In this document: positions 1 through 13,327 of the stretch, piece by piece
Position numbering within the stretch: position 1 is the first letter of the stretch
Layout: each line of letters starts with the position of its first letter
Source: Macrostomum lignano
Lineage: Eukaryota
Direction of reading: 5' to 3'
DNA length: 64,000 nt
NCBI GenBank assembly: GCA_002269645.1
Contig: NIVC01001045.1
Span: 1 to 64,000, forward strand
Notes under the pieces: generated by a model
Database searches by the model: none
What the model saw: the letters and a program-made list of their open reading frames with translations, nothing else
What the model was told of the DNA's origin: nothing
Translations under genes and position numbers: made by a program

Positions 1-3000
1 GCCGCCGTCTGATTCGCTGCTTTCGGGTTGAAAAATCGATCAGAAATCGATAATTAGTGATTTTTTGGCTGATTGGGTGCCCGAAAAATGAATGAATAAA
101 ATTTTAAAAGAATGCTAGATCAAAGGCGGATACCGCAACAAGTTGTACTAATGTCTGGCTAAAATTGACTAAGTTGTTAAAAAGTCTGCTCCAAGTGCTC
201 ATGTGTCAAAAGTGATTGGAAATCGATCAGAGTAGTGATTTTTAAATGTTTGCTTGAAATCAGCAAAAATACGCAATGGGACGGCATTATTTTATGACGG
301 CTGATTTCCCACATAACGATCGCATATTTACAGTGTGCAATTTCTGGAGATTCGCGTTCATTGGGTAAAAAATTATGATAAAAAACTTGTTTACTTGTGA
401 CACTTTTGTTACTTCCGGGGCTAATTAACCGGGAAATGGTAGGAATTTTGCACTGAAACCAATGCACACGCCGGGGGAGCTTGTCGGGGAATACTCCCCG
501 GGGAATTGGACCGGGGACCCTGGGAGAAAAAAGTATAAAAAATGTATTTGTAACTTAATTTTTGCCGTTAAAATAAGAAAATGATTCACAGACAGCTGAT
601 TGAAACTCTGTCTATGCTATTTTACCGCATAACTGCTTAATTTCAATGTTTTACATGTATTTCAAACACAACACACGTTTAAACGTTTTTCACTACCAGT
701 CTTTCAATCAAGGAAATTGCACGTAGAAACCCGTCAGGAAAAAGAAGCCTCACTGACTACTGAGTTGGTCTGCGTTGACGGCTTGACGCATTTGACGACG
801 CAGGCGCAGCGCTGCGTCCTGCGTCAGTCACTGACGCATGGGGGGTGTCATACATATACTCCCAATTGGACAAGAACAAAATGGTGATTTATAACTGTAT
901 TTTCCGCCTCCGAGTCTGGACTCTTTCTGACAAAGGTGCGCGCACGATTTCGTGATGCCACGTTGTCAAATACAGTTTTAAAAACATTGTTTTTACCCTT
1001 GCGCCTTGAACATGTAGTACAAAGCTTAAATCAAAGTTTAAAAAATTCCACTTACGAATCTAAGTTATCCGCCGTTTTTACTTATCTTTTCTTTTCCCCG
1101 GGGCCCCAGGGGTCCCCAGGGAATGACAGTAAATTCCCCGGGTCCCCGATAAGATAATTCCCTGGGAATCGACATCCCTATTCACTTCCTAAAAATCATT
1201 CGACGTTAGAGACATCTTACAATGACTCTCCCCTACTTTATCTATTAGGCTAACTTTATGTATGACACGACACAAAATATTAGGAGCATCAGCGTTAATA
1301 ATGCCTTGGAAGTTTTTAAATAATCGATACAACACTAGGTATTATAAAATTCCAACCCCAAAGCTCACTGGGGCGACAAGACTTTGTCTTCATTAACTAG
1401 TGCCTTATGTATAATATGCTATAAATTTTATTGGTTTAATCAATAATCAATCAATAGTCTAGTCATTTTATATATATATATTTTAAGTACTAGTAATTTA
1501 TATAAACTAAATTTAGTTTAAAATCTGTTTAAAAAAAGAATTTGTTGCCTATATTCTTATATTGTGTTTAACTTTTGTTAATACTTTTAAACTTTTTAGC
1601 TTGTTCAAAACACTTCGCGTTTAAATTTACCCACATTTTTGTAAGTTCTTATTTAAAATGACCAAACACAACACTAAGATAGTGAAAGTGCTGTGTCTGT
1701 TACTAGGCCCCACTTTTGCTGTGGTTGATTAGTTTTAGCATGTTTGTGAGCGAATCTAGGATTTTAAATTTTAGTGATGTAACATTACGTAAATTCTACT
1801 ACTACATACACTAAATGTGACAACTCAATTTTTAAAAATTTGTTTGTACACGTGGGTTGGGTGTGCAAGCACCAACCAGTGTACTTCTAAAGTAATTCAC
1901 TTCACTGTTCTGCTTATTGTTTAGGTTTTTAAAAACGTTTTTAAATTTATATGCTGGCTTAAATTCTTAACAGCTTTCCCAATGTCAATCTAGTTTTTTG
2001 GGCCATATGGGGTTTTTGGCCCCTTGAAAATTTCATTGGCAACTGGATTTTAGGCATCAGAGGCCAATCTAGCAATTTCACTTTCTCTGTGCCAGTTACC
2101 AATTAAAAAAACTGATTTTGTAAGTGTAAAAAAAGTGCCATATAAAATTGATATGATGGATTGGAAATTGGAATTGTTAGTTTGTTTTTGTTTGCAGCAT
2201 AGATAGATAGCAATCTTAGACTCAAGTTGAGAGAACTAATTTCTGCTTTTCAAATGTAGCCTTGGAAATAGAGGCCTATTCATTCTCAAGAATTTGGCTA
2301 GTTGCCAATGGGAAACTGAAAATAGCCATTGGCAACTAGATTTTGAGCCCCAACTCAAGGCCAAGGGCCAGCAGCTGGCAAAGTTCTAGCTTTCTAACCT
2401 TAAAAAACCTAGAATTGTCAATGAAGTGTGCCTTTTGCTCAAAACCCTTTGTTAATTTTTTGTCAAGTTAATCTCTACATATAAATATAATATGAATAAA
2501 GACTAATTATAATCTAGGCTAGGCCCATAGTCAAAAAGGTGGCATAGTGTGCGCCAGAATAATTTTTTTGGGACAATTTGTGCGCCGTCTATGCGCCATC
2601 TATGTGCCATTTGTGCATTGTCTATGCGCCGTCTGTGTGCCACTCTTCACGAATAGAGTTTTCTAAGAAAGGCCTTTGTACAAAAAGCCTTTTTAAAATG
2701 TTATATATATTTCATTTTAAACAAACTTAAATTATACCTACAAATAGAGTAATGCAAAATTGACATTTTTAGCGATAATTTATACTAATTTTATTTACTG
2801 TTAATTTTAAAGAAGCAAAAAGTTTATCATTGACTTTCTAGACTATACAAATCTCCTTTATTTTACATAAAATTGTTAATTTGCATTACAATTTTCATGC
2901 ATGTCACGGACCTTATGCGCCACAATTATGCGCCGCATGCGCTAGGGACCTTAGTGTGCGCCATGATTGTGCCCCAAGTGTGCCAAGGACCCCTTGTGTG

Positions 3001-3130
3001 CGCCGCGCTTGTGCGCCAATGTGCGCCAAGACCCTTTGTGTGCGCGGGAATTTTCCCCTCAGAGGCCACCTTCCTGACTATGGAGCTAGGCATTGTCATT
3101 GACATCTAGGTGGCTAAGCTTAGGGCTAAA

Positions 3131-3690
3131 CATACATGCGCAACAGTTGGCCAAGTTAGCTAATTCGGCTGACCAATTTGGCAGCCAACCAAGGTAAGTT
3201 GTAAAAATGCACACCCAAATAAATACCTAAGTAGTACTAAGTAGATGACAAGGCATTTTGCCCTAATAAGACAGTCATAATTATTCCTGCCATATGCCAA
3301 AAGTTGCAATAATTTTGCTTTAGGGTTTCTTGGCATAAACCCGATTATTACTTATCAGACAAGACCCAAAGTAGTTGGGTCAAGATGTTTGCTTTTTAGG
3401 CCTTTTTATATACATGCCCAACCTCAAAATTTTACCCATCTAGTGTGACTTAGTTTTGTCCAAATTTTTGACTTAGTTTTTCCCAATTGCAACCTAATTT
3501 TCACTTTGTATATGACTTTTCTTGCCTTGTTCTCTTTTCTTCTCCTTTCTCTCTTCTCCCTCCTTTCTTTTCCTTTTCTCTTCCTCTCCTTTCTTTCTTC
3601 CCCCAATCTTTCGATTTTGCAACTTATCTTGGCTAGTGGCCATTTCACCTGTCTAGTTTGGATGGGTTGGACAGGTGTTGGGCAATTATG
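3131..3690. mobile_element. Decayed relatives of the 13600-13899 MITE
   Basis: 3131-3189 aligns without gaps to the reverse complement of 13841-13899 (49/59). A second start TATACATGCCCAACCTCAAAATT near 3408 resembles the MITE left end, with GTTGGGCAATTATG near 3677-3690 as a possible partner TIR. Confidence 0.7.
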
Positions 3691-4181
3691 CCTATCTATA
3701 TAAAATATGTAAGCTTTTTGTAATCATTTTGTATCATCATTATCATGTATCATTTTGTAAGCTTCCTATGAATAAACTCATTTCTGTTATTATTTATTAG
3801 GCCTGACTTAACGTTTTTAGCATTTTTTAGATATAAAAAACAATATAAAAACAAGAAGTTATTAAAGAAATTATTAAATTCAGGCAAAATAAAAATAGAA
3901 AATGCAAAATAAACTTCTTTGTTTCAAGTCCCAAATGCTAGTTTAGGGCTAATAAACTAGAATGTTATTATTTTAATAAATGTAAATGTATTTTAATATA
4001 TAAATTTAGATTTGAGTTTTCTTAAATTAGTGTAGTCTCACATCTGTACTCATACAGTCAGTTTACAAACTGGAGCACAAAAGGTTAACTGCTTGGTGCC
4101 CTGCTTCCTTTCACATTTGATGCTGTTGTTGCAGTTTCTCAGAAGCACTATTATCAACTCTCTGTCTAAGCTGAAGCAGTC

Positions 4182-5870
4182 ATGACTCAATACACCGCCG
4201 CCAGTGTTAGGCAAAGCTTCATCGACTTCTTTGCCCAGAAGCACAAGCACACCTATGTGCACTCATCGTCGACTATTCCATATGACGATCCAACCCTGCT
4301 GTTTACCAATGCTGGCATGAACCAGTACAAGCCTATCTTCCTGGGCACAGCCGATCCCAACTCTGACATGGCCAAATGGACGAGGGCTGTTAATTCCCAA
4401 AAGTGCATTAGAGCAGGCGGCAAGCACAACGATTTAGACGATGTTGGTAAAGATGTTTATCATCACACTTTCTTTGAGATGCTGGGCAATTGGTCGTTTG
4501 GCGATTATTTCAAATTGGAAGCTTGCACCTGGGCCTGGGACCTGCTCACTAACGTCTGGGGCTTGCCCAGGGATCGTCTGTACGTCACTTATTTTGGCGG
4601 CAACGAGGCCCAGGGCCTGCCATCCGATGAGGAGGCTCGCGACATCTGGATCAGCTTGGGCCTGCCGCCTGACCGAGTGCTGCCATTCGGCATGAAGGAC
4701 AACTTCTGGGAGATGGGCGAGACTGGACCATGCGGTCCCTGCTCCGAGATTCACTTCGATCGGATTGGAGGCGGTAGAAATGCCGCGGATCTTGTCAACA
4801 TGGACGATCCGGACGTGTTGGAGATTTGGAATCTCGTATTTATCCAGTTTAATCGCGAGCCAGATGGCAACCTGAGATTGCTGCCTAATAAGCATATTGA
4901 TACCGGCATGGGAATGGAGCGAATTCTCTCTGTGCTTCAGGTGTGTTGAACATCTTTTTTGTGTCTTCTCGTAGTTGAAATGACTAAATTGACACAATCA
5001 TTTCTCACTTATTATTCCGTGCCACTAACCTTAGCTATCTTTGTCTAATTACGGTTTATCAATTTTCCCTGTAAATACCCTCCATGTCATCCCTGTAAAT
5101 ACCCTCCATGTCATCCCTGTAAATACCCTCAATGTCATCCCTGTAAATACCCTCCATGTCATCCCTGTAAATACCCTCAATGTCATCCCTGTAAATACCC
5201 TCCATGTCATCCCTGTAAATACCCTCAATGTCATCCCTGTAAATACCCTCCATGTCATCCCTGTAAATACCCTCCATGTCATCCCTGTAAATACCCCTAT
5301 GTCATCTCTTTAAATACCCCTATGTTATCCCTGTAAATACCCTCCATGTCATCCCTGTAAATACCCTCCATGTCATCCCTGTAAATACCCTTCATATCAT
5401 CCCTGTAAATACCCCTGTCATCTCTTTAAATACCCCGTCATCCTTGTCCCTCCATTCGAACCAAATTGTCTGCAGCCCATATGCATTACCCATCTATCTA
5501 GTCGATTCCACAACCCGCAGGGCCACCGATCCAACTACGACACCGACGCATTCCAACCGCTGTTCGCCGCCATCGAGAAGTTCACCGGCAGCCGGCCCTA
5601 TTCTGGCCGGGTGGGCGCCGAAGACACCGACGGAGTTGACATGGCCTACCGAGTGCTGGCCGATCACGCCAGGACGCTCACTATTGCGCTGAGCGACGGC
5701 GGCAGGCCAGATAACGCCGGTCGGGGCTACGTGTTGCGCAGGATTTTGCGCAGGGGCGTGCGTTACGCTGTTGAAAAGTTGCGGTCTCCGCCAGGACTGT
5801 TGGAGGCTCTGGTTGGTGAATTTGCTGCTTGGGATGTGTGTCGGGTCTCTATACTGTCCGCCTATCCTCC

Positions 5871-5914
<44 letters not shown>

Positions 5915-8900
5915 AGATAGATAGATCTCGCTTCGCTCGCTCTTTCTCGCTATCTACTATCTATAGCCAGGACCTGCACCGGAGCGGTTACGAAAATTAG
6001 ATTTCTCGGTAGTTGCACGTACTCTTTTGCACTACTTGAGTAGTCTGATTTTCGTTCGGCATGGCTGGTTCCAGCAGGTAGTTCCTCTGGATAAAAGCGC
6101 TTACCGCGCCCATTGGCTTTCCAGCTGCCTTAATCGTTTCCGGTGATCTTGTGTGCGTGCTTTCAGCTTGATTGGCTGCGGCAAGCAAGCTCGAAAGAGC
6201 TCGCTTCGCTCGCTCTTTCTCGCTATCTACTATCTATAGCCAGGACCTGCACCGGAGCGGTTACGAAAATTAGATTTCTCGGTAGTTGCACGTACTCTTT
6301 TGCACTACTTGAGTAGTCTGATTTTCGTTCGGCATGGCTGGTTCCAGCAGGTAGTTCCTCTGGATAAAAGCGCTTACCGCGCCCATTGGCTTTCCAGCTG
6401 CCTTAATCGTTTCCGGTGATCTTGTGTGCGTGCTTTCAGCTTGATTGGCTGCGGCAAGCAAGCTCGAAAGAGCTCGCTTCGCTCGCTCTTTCTCGCTATC
6501 TACTATCTATAGCCAGGACCTGCACCGGAGCGGTTACGAAAATTAGATTTCTCGGTAGTTGCACGTACTCTTTTGCACTACTTGAGTAGTCTGATTTTCG
6601 TTCGGCATGGCTGGTTCCAGCAGGTAGTTCCTCTGGATAAAAGCGCTTACCGCGCCCATTGGCTTTCCAGCTGCCTTAATCGTTTCCGGTGATCTTGTGT
6701 GCGTGCTTTCAGCTTGATTGGCTGCGGCAAGCAAGCTCGAAAGAGCTCGCTTCGCTCGCTCTTTCTCGCTATCTACTATCTATAGCCAGGACCTGCACCG
6801 GAGCGGTTACGAAAATTAGATTTCTCGGTAGTTGCACGTACTCTTTTGCACTACTTGAGTAGTCTGATTTTCGTTCGGCATGGCTGGTTCCAGCAGGTAG
6901 TTCCTCTGGATAAAAGCGCTTACCGCGCCCATTGGCTTTCCAGCTGCCTTAATCGTTTCCGGTGATCTTGTGTGCGTGCTTTCAGCTTGATTGGCTGCGG
7001 CAAGCAAGCTCGAAAGAGCTCGCTTCGCTCGCTCTTTCTCGCTATCTACTATCTATAGCCAGGACCTGCACCGGAGCGGTTACGAAAATTAGATTTCTCG
7101 GTAGTTGCACGTACTCTTTTGCACTACTTGAGTAGTCTGATTTTCGTTCGGCATGGCTGGTTCCAGCAGGTAGTTCCTCTGGATAAAAGCGCTTACCGCG
7201 CCCATTGGCTTTCCAGCTGCCTTAATCGTTTCCGGTGATCTTGTGTGCGTGCTTTCAGCTTGATTGGCTGCGGCAAGCAAGCTCGAAAGAGCTCGCTTCG
7301 CTCGCTCTTTCTCGCTATCTACTATCTATAGCCAGGACCTGCACCGGAGCGGTTACGAAAATTAGATTTCTCGGTAGTTGCACGTACTCTTTTGCACTAC
7401 TTGAGTAGTCTGATTTTCGTTCGGCATGGCTGGTTCCAGCAGGTAGTTCCTCTGGATAAAAGCGCTTACCGCGCCCATTGGCTTTCCAGCTGCCTTAATC
7501 GTTTCCGGTGATCTTGTGTGCGTGCTTTCAGCTTGATTGGCTGCGGCAAGCAAGCTCGAAAGAGCTCGCTTCGCTCGCTCTTTCTCGCTATCTACTATCT
7601 ATAGCCAGGACCTGCACCGGAGCGGTTACGAAAATTAGATTTCTCGGTAGTTGCACGTACTCTTTTGCACTACTTGAGTAGTCTGATTTTCGTTCGGCAT
7701 GGCTGGTTCCAGCAGGTAGTTCCTCTGGATAAAAGCGCTTACCGCGCCCATTGGCTTTCCAGCTGCCTTAATCGTTTCCGGTGATCTTGTGTGCGTGCTT
7801 TCAGCTTGATTGGCTGCGGCAAGCAAGCTCGAAAGAGCTCGCTTCGCTCGCTCTTTCTCGCTATCTACTATCTATAGCCAGGACCTGCACCGGAGCGGTT
7901 ACGAAAATTAGATTTCTCGGTAGTTGCACGTACTCTTTTGCACTACTTGAGTAGTCTGATTTTCGTTCGGCATGGCTGGTTCCAGCAGGTAGTTCCTCTG
8001 GATAAAAGCGCTTACCGCGCCCATTGGCTTTCCAGCTGCCTTAATCGTTTCCGGTGATCTTGTGTGCGTGCTTTCAGCTTGATTGGCTGCGGCAAGCAAG
8101 CTCGAAAGAGCTCGCTTCGCTCGCTCTTTCTCGCTATCTACTATCTATAGCCAGGACCTGCACCGGAGCGGTTACGAAAATTAGATTTCTCGGTAGTTGC
8201 ACGTACTCTTTTGCACTACTTGAGTAGTCTGATTTTCGTTCGGCATGGCTGGTTCCAGCAGGTAGTTCCTCTGGATAAAAGCGCTTACCGCGCCCATTGG
8301 CTTTCCAGCTGCCTTAATCGTTTCCGGTGATCTTGTGTGCGTGCTTTCAGCTTGATTGGCTGCGGCAAGCAAGCTCGAAAGAGCTCGCTTCGCTCGCTCT
8401 TTCTCGCTATCTACTATCTATAGCCAGGACCTGCACCGGAGCGGTTACGAAAATTAGATTTCTCGGTAGTTGCACGTACTCTTTTGCACTACTTGAGTAG
8501 TCTGATTTTCGTTCGGCATGGCTGGTTCCAGCAGGTAGTTCCTCTGGATAAAAGCGCTTACCGCGCCCATTGGCTTTCCAGCTGCCTTAATCGTTTCCGG
8601 TGATCTTGTGTGCGTGCTTTCAGCTTGATTGGCTGCGGCAAGCAAGCTCGAAAGAGCTCGCTTCGCTCGCTCTTTCTCGCTATCTACTATCTATAGCCAG
8701 GACCTGCACCGGAGCGGTTACGAAAATTAGATTTCTCGGTAGTTGCACGTACTCTTTTGCACTACTTGAGTAGTCTGATTTTCGTTCGGCATGGCTGGTT
8801 CCAGCAGGTAGTTCCTCTGGATAAAAGCGCTTACCGCGCCCATTGGCTTTCCAGCTGCCTTAATCGTTTCCGGTGATCTTGTGTGCGTGCTTTCAGCTTG

Positions 8901-11900
8901 ATTGGCTGCGGCAAGCAAGCTCGAAAGAGCTCGCTTCGCTCGCTCTTTCTCGCTATCTACTATCTATAGCCAGGACCTGCACCGGAGCGGTTACGAAAAT
9001 TAGATTTCTCGGTAGTTGCACGTACTCTTTTGCACTACTTGAGTAGTCTGATTTTCGTTCGGCATGGCTGGTTCCAGCAGGTAGTTCCTCTGGATAAAAG
9101 CGCTTACCGCGCCCATTGGCTTTCCAGCTGCCTTAATCGTTTCCGGTGATCTTGTGTGCGTGCTTTCAGCTTGATTGGCTGCGGCAAGCAAGCTCGAAAG
9201 AGCTCGCTTCGCTCGCTCTTTCTCGCTATCTACTATCTATAGCCAGGACCTGCACCGGAGCGGTTACGAAAATTAGATTTCTCGGTAGTTGCACGTACTC
9301 TTTTGCACTACTTGAGTAGTCTGATTTTCGTTCGGCATGGCTGGTTCCAGCAGGTAGTTCCTCTGGATAAAAGCGCTTACCGCGCCCATTGGCTTTCCAG
9401 CTGCCTTAATCGTTTCCGGTGATCTTGTGTGCGTGCTTTCAGCTTGATTGGCTGCGGCAAGCAAGCTCGAAAGAGCTCGCTTCGCTCGCTCTTTCTCGCT
9501 ATCTACTATCTATAGCCAGGACCTGCACCGGAGCGGTTACGAAAATTAGATTTCTCGGTAGTTGCACGTACTCTTTTGCACTACTTGAGTAGTCTGATTT
9601 TCGTTCGGCATGGCTGGTTCCAGCAGGTAGTTCCTCTGGATAAAAGCGCTTACCGCGCCCATTGGCTTTCCAGCTGCCTTAATCGTTTCCGGTGATCTTG
9701 TGTGCGTGCTTTCAGCTTGATTGGCTGCGGCAAGCAAGCTCGAAAGAGCTCGCTTCGCTCGCTCTTTCTCGCTATCTACTATCTATAGCCAGGACCTGCA
9801 CCGGAGCGGTTACGAAAATTAGATTTCTCGGTAGTTGCACGTACTCTTTTGCACTACTTGAGTAGTCTGATTTTCGTTCGGCATGGCTGGTTCCAGCAGG
9901 TAGTTCCTCTGGATAAAAGCGCTTACCGCGCCCATTGGCTTTCCAGCTGCCTTAATCGTTTCCGGTGATCTTGTGTGCGTGCTTTCAGCTTGATTGGCTG
10001 CGGCAAGCAAGCTCGAAAGAGCTCGCTTCGCTCGCTCTTTCTCGCTATCTACTATCTATAGCCAGGACCTGCACCGGAGCGGTTACGAAAATTAGATTTC
10101 TCGGTAGTTGCACGTACTCTTTTGCACTACTTGAGTAGTCTGATTTTCGTTCGGCATGGCTGGTTCCAGCAGGTAGTTCCTCTGGATAAAAGCGCTTACC
10201 GCGCCCATTGGCTTTCCAGCTGCCTTAATCGTTTCCGGTGATCTTGTGTGCGTGCTTTCAGCTTGATTGGCTGCGGCAAGCAAGCTCGAAAGAGCTCGCT
10301 TCGCTCGCTCTTTCTCGCTATCTACTATCTATAGCCAGGACCTGCACCGGAGCGGTTACGAAAATTAGATTTCTCGGTAGTTGCACGTACTCTTTTGCAC
10401 TACTTGAGTAGTCTGATTTTCGTTCGGCATGGCTGGTTCCAGCAGGTAGTTCCTCTGGATAAAAGCGCTTACCGCGCCCATTGGCTTTCCAGCTGCCTTA
10501 ATCGTTTCCGGTGATCTTGTGTGCGTGCTTTCAGCTTGATTGGCTGCGGCAAGCAAGCTCGAAAGAGCTCGCTTCGCTCGCTCTTTCTCGCTATCTACTA
10601 TCTATAGCCAGGACCTGCACCGGAGCGGTTACGAAAATTAGATTTCTCGGTAGTTGCACGTACTCTTTTGCACTACTTGAGTAGTCTGATTTTCGTTCGG
10701 CATGGCTGGTTCCAGCAGGTAGTTCCTCTGGATAAAAGCGCTTACCGCGCCCATTGGCTTTCCAGCTGCCTTAATCGTTTCCGGTGATCTTGTGTGCGTG
10801 CTTTCAGCTTGATTGGCTGCGGCAAGCAAGCTCGAAAGAGCTCGCTTCGCTCGCTCTTTCTCGCTATCTACTATCTATAGCCAGGACCTGCACCGGAGCG
10901 GTTACGAAAATTAGATTTCTCGGTAGTTGCACGTACTCTTTTGCACTACTTGAGTAGTCTGATTTTCGTTCGGCATGGCTGGTTCCAGCAGGTAGTTCCT
11001 CTGGATAAAAGCGCTTACCGCGCCCATTGGCTTTCCAGCTGCCTTAATCGTTTCCGGTGATCTTGTGTGCGTGCTTTCAGCTTGATTGGCTGCGGCAAGC
11101 AAGCTCGAAAGAGCTCGCTTCGCTCGCTCTTTCTCGCTATCTACTATCTATAGCCAGGACCTGCACCGGAGCGGTTACGAAAATTAGATTTCTCGGTAGT
11201 TGCACGTACTCTTTTGCACTACTTGAGTAGTCTGATTTTCGTTCGGCATGGCTGGTTCCAGCAGGTAGTTCCTCTGGATAAAAGCGCTTACCGCGCCCAT
11301 TGGCTTTCCAGCTGCCTTAATCGTTTCCGGTGATCTTGTGTGCGTGCTTTCAGCTTGATTGGCTGCGGCAAGCAAGCTCGAAAGAGCTCGCTTCGCTCGC
11401 TCTTTCTCGCTATCTACTATCTATAGCCAGGACCTGCACCGGAGCGGTTACGAAAATTAGATTTCTCGGTAGTTGCACGTACTCTTTTGCACTACTTGAG
11501 TAGTCTGATTTTCGTTCGGCATGGCTGGTTCCAGCAGGTAGTTCCTCTGGATAAAAGCGCTTACCGCGCCCATTGGCTTTCCAGCTGCCTTAATCGTTTC
11601 CGGTGATCTTGTGTGCGTGCTTTCAGCTTGATTGGCTGCGGCAAGCAAGCTCGAAAGAGCTCGCTTCGCTCGCTCTTTCTCGCTATCTACTATCTATAGC
11701 CAGGACCTGCACCGGAGCGGTTACGAAAATTAGATTTCTCGGTAGTTGCACGTACTCTTTTGCACTACTTGAGTAGTCTGATTTTCGTTCGGCATGGCTG
11801 GTTCCAGCAGGTAGTTCCTCTGGATAAAAGCGCTTACCGCGCCCATTGGCTTTCCAGCTGCCTTAATCGTTTCCGGTGATCTTGTGTGCGTGCTTTCAGC

Positions 11901-13327
11901 TTGATTGGCTGCGGCAAGCAAGCTCGAAAGAGCTCGCTTCGCTCGCTCTTTCTCGCTATCTACTATCTATAGCCAGGACCTGCACCGGAGCGGTTACGAA
12001 AATTAGATTTCTCGGTAGTTGCACGTACTCTTTTGCACTACTTGAGTAGTCTGATTTTCGTTCGGCATGGCTGGTTCCAGCAGGTAGTTCCTCTGGATAA
12101 AAGCGCTTACCGCGCCCATTGGCTTTCCAGCTGCCTTAATCGTTTCCGGTGATCTTGTGTGCGTGCTTTCAGCTTGATTGGCTGCGGCAAGCAAGCTCGA
12201 AAGAGCTCGCTTCGCTCGCTCTTTCTCGCTATCTACTATCTATAGCCAGGACCTGCACCGGAGCGGTTACGAAAATTAGATTTCTCGGTAGTTGCACGTA
12301 CTCTTTTGCACTACTTGAGTAGTCTGATTTTCGTTCGGCATGGCTGGTTCCAGCAGGTAGTTCCTCTGGATAAAAGCGCTTACCGCGCCCATTGGCTTTC
12401 CAGCTGCCTTAATCGTTTCCGGTGATCTTGTGTGCGTGCTTTCAGCTTGATTGGCTGCGGCAAGCAAGCTCGAAAGAGCTCGCTTCGCTCGCTCTTTCTC
12501 GCTATCTACTATCTATAGCCAGGACCTGCACCGGAGCGGTTACGAAAATTAGATTTCTCGGTAGTTGCACGTACTCTTTTGCACTACTTGAGTAGTCTGA
12601 TTTTCGTTCGGCATGGCTGGTTCCAGCAGGTAGTTCCTCTGGATAAAAGCGCTTACCGCGCCCATTGGCTTTCCAGCTGCCTTAATCGTTTCCGGTGATC
12701 TTGTGTGCGTGCTTTCAGCTTGATTGGCTGCGGCAAGCAAGCTCGAAAGAGCTCGCTTCGCTCGCTCTTTCTCGCTATCTACTATCTATAGCCAGGACCT
12801 GCACCGGAGCGGTTACGAAAATTAGATTTCTCGGTAGTTGCACGTACTCTTTTGCACTACTTGAGTAGTCTGATTTTCGTTCGGCATGGCTGGTTCCAGC
12901 AGGTAGTTCCTCTGGATAAAAGCGCTTACCGCGCCCATTGGCTTTCCAGCTGCCTTAATCGTTTCCGGTGATCTTGTGTGCGTGCTTTCAGCTTGATTGG
13001 CTGCGGCAAGCAAGCTCGAAAGAGCTCGCTTCGCTCGCTCTTTCTCGCTATCTACTATCTATAGCCAGGACCTGCACCGGAGCGGTTACGAAAATTAGAT
13101 TTCTCGGTAGTTGCACGTACTCTTTTGCACTACTTGAGTAGTCTGATTTTCGTTCGGCATGGCTGGTTCCAGCAGGTAGTTCCTCTGGATAAAAGCGCTT
13201 ACCGCGCCCATTGGCTTTCCAGCTGCCTTAATCGTTTCCGGTGATCTTGTGTGCGTGCTTTCAGCTTGATTGGCTGCGGCAAGCAAGCTCGAAAGAGCTC
13301 GCTTCGCTCGCTCTTTCTCGCTATCTA

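Noticed and set aside
470-1180. hAT-like element with CCCCGGGG-rich subtermini ending GGGAATCGACATCCCTA (1164-1180)
   Set aside because: Only one plausible terminus is visible; no matching left TIR or TSD in the window, so it was not called.
5997-13286. 27 copies of a 63-aa minus-strand ORF as a tandem small-protein gene family
   Set aside because: Non-ATG start, no recognisable motif, and it sits inside an intron; identity simply reflects the repeat.
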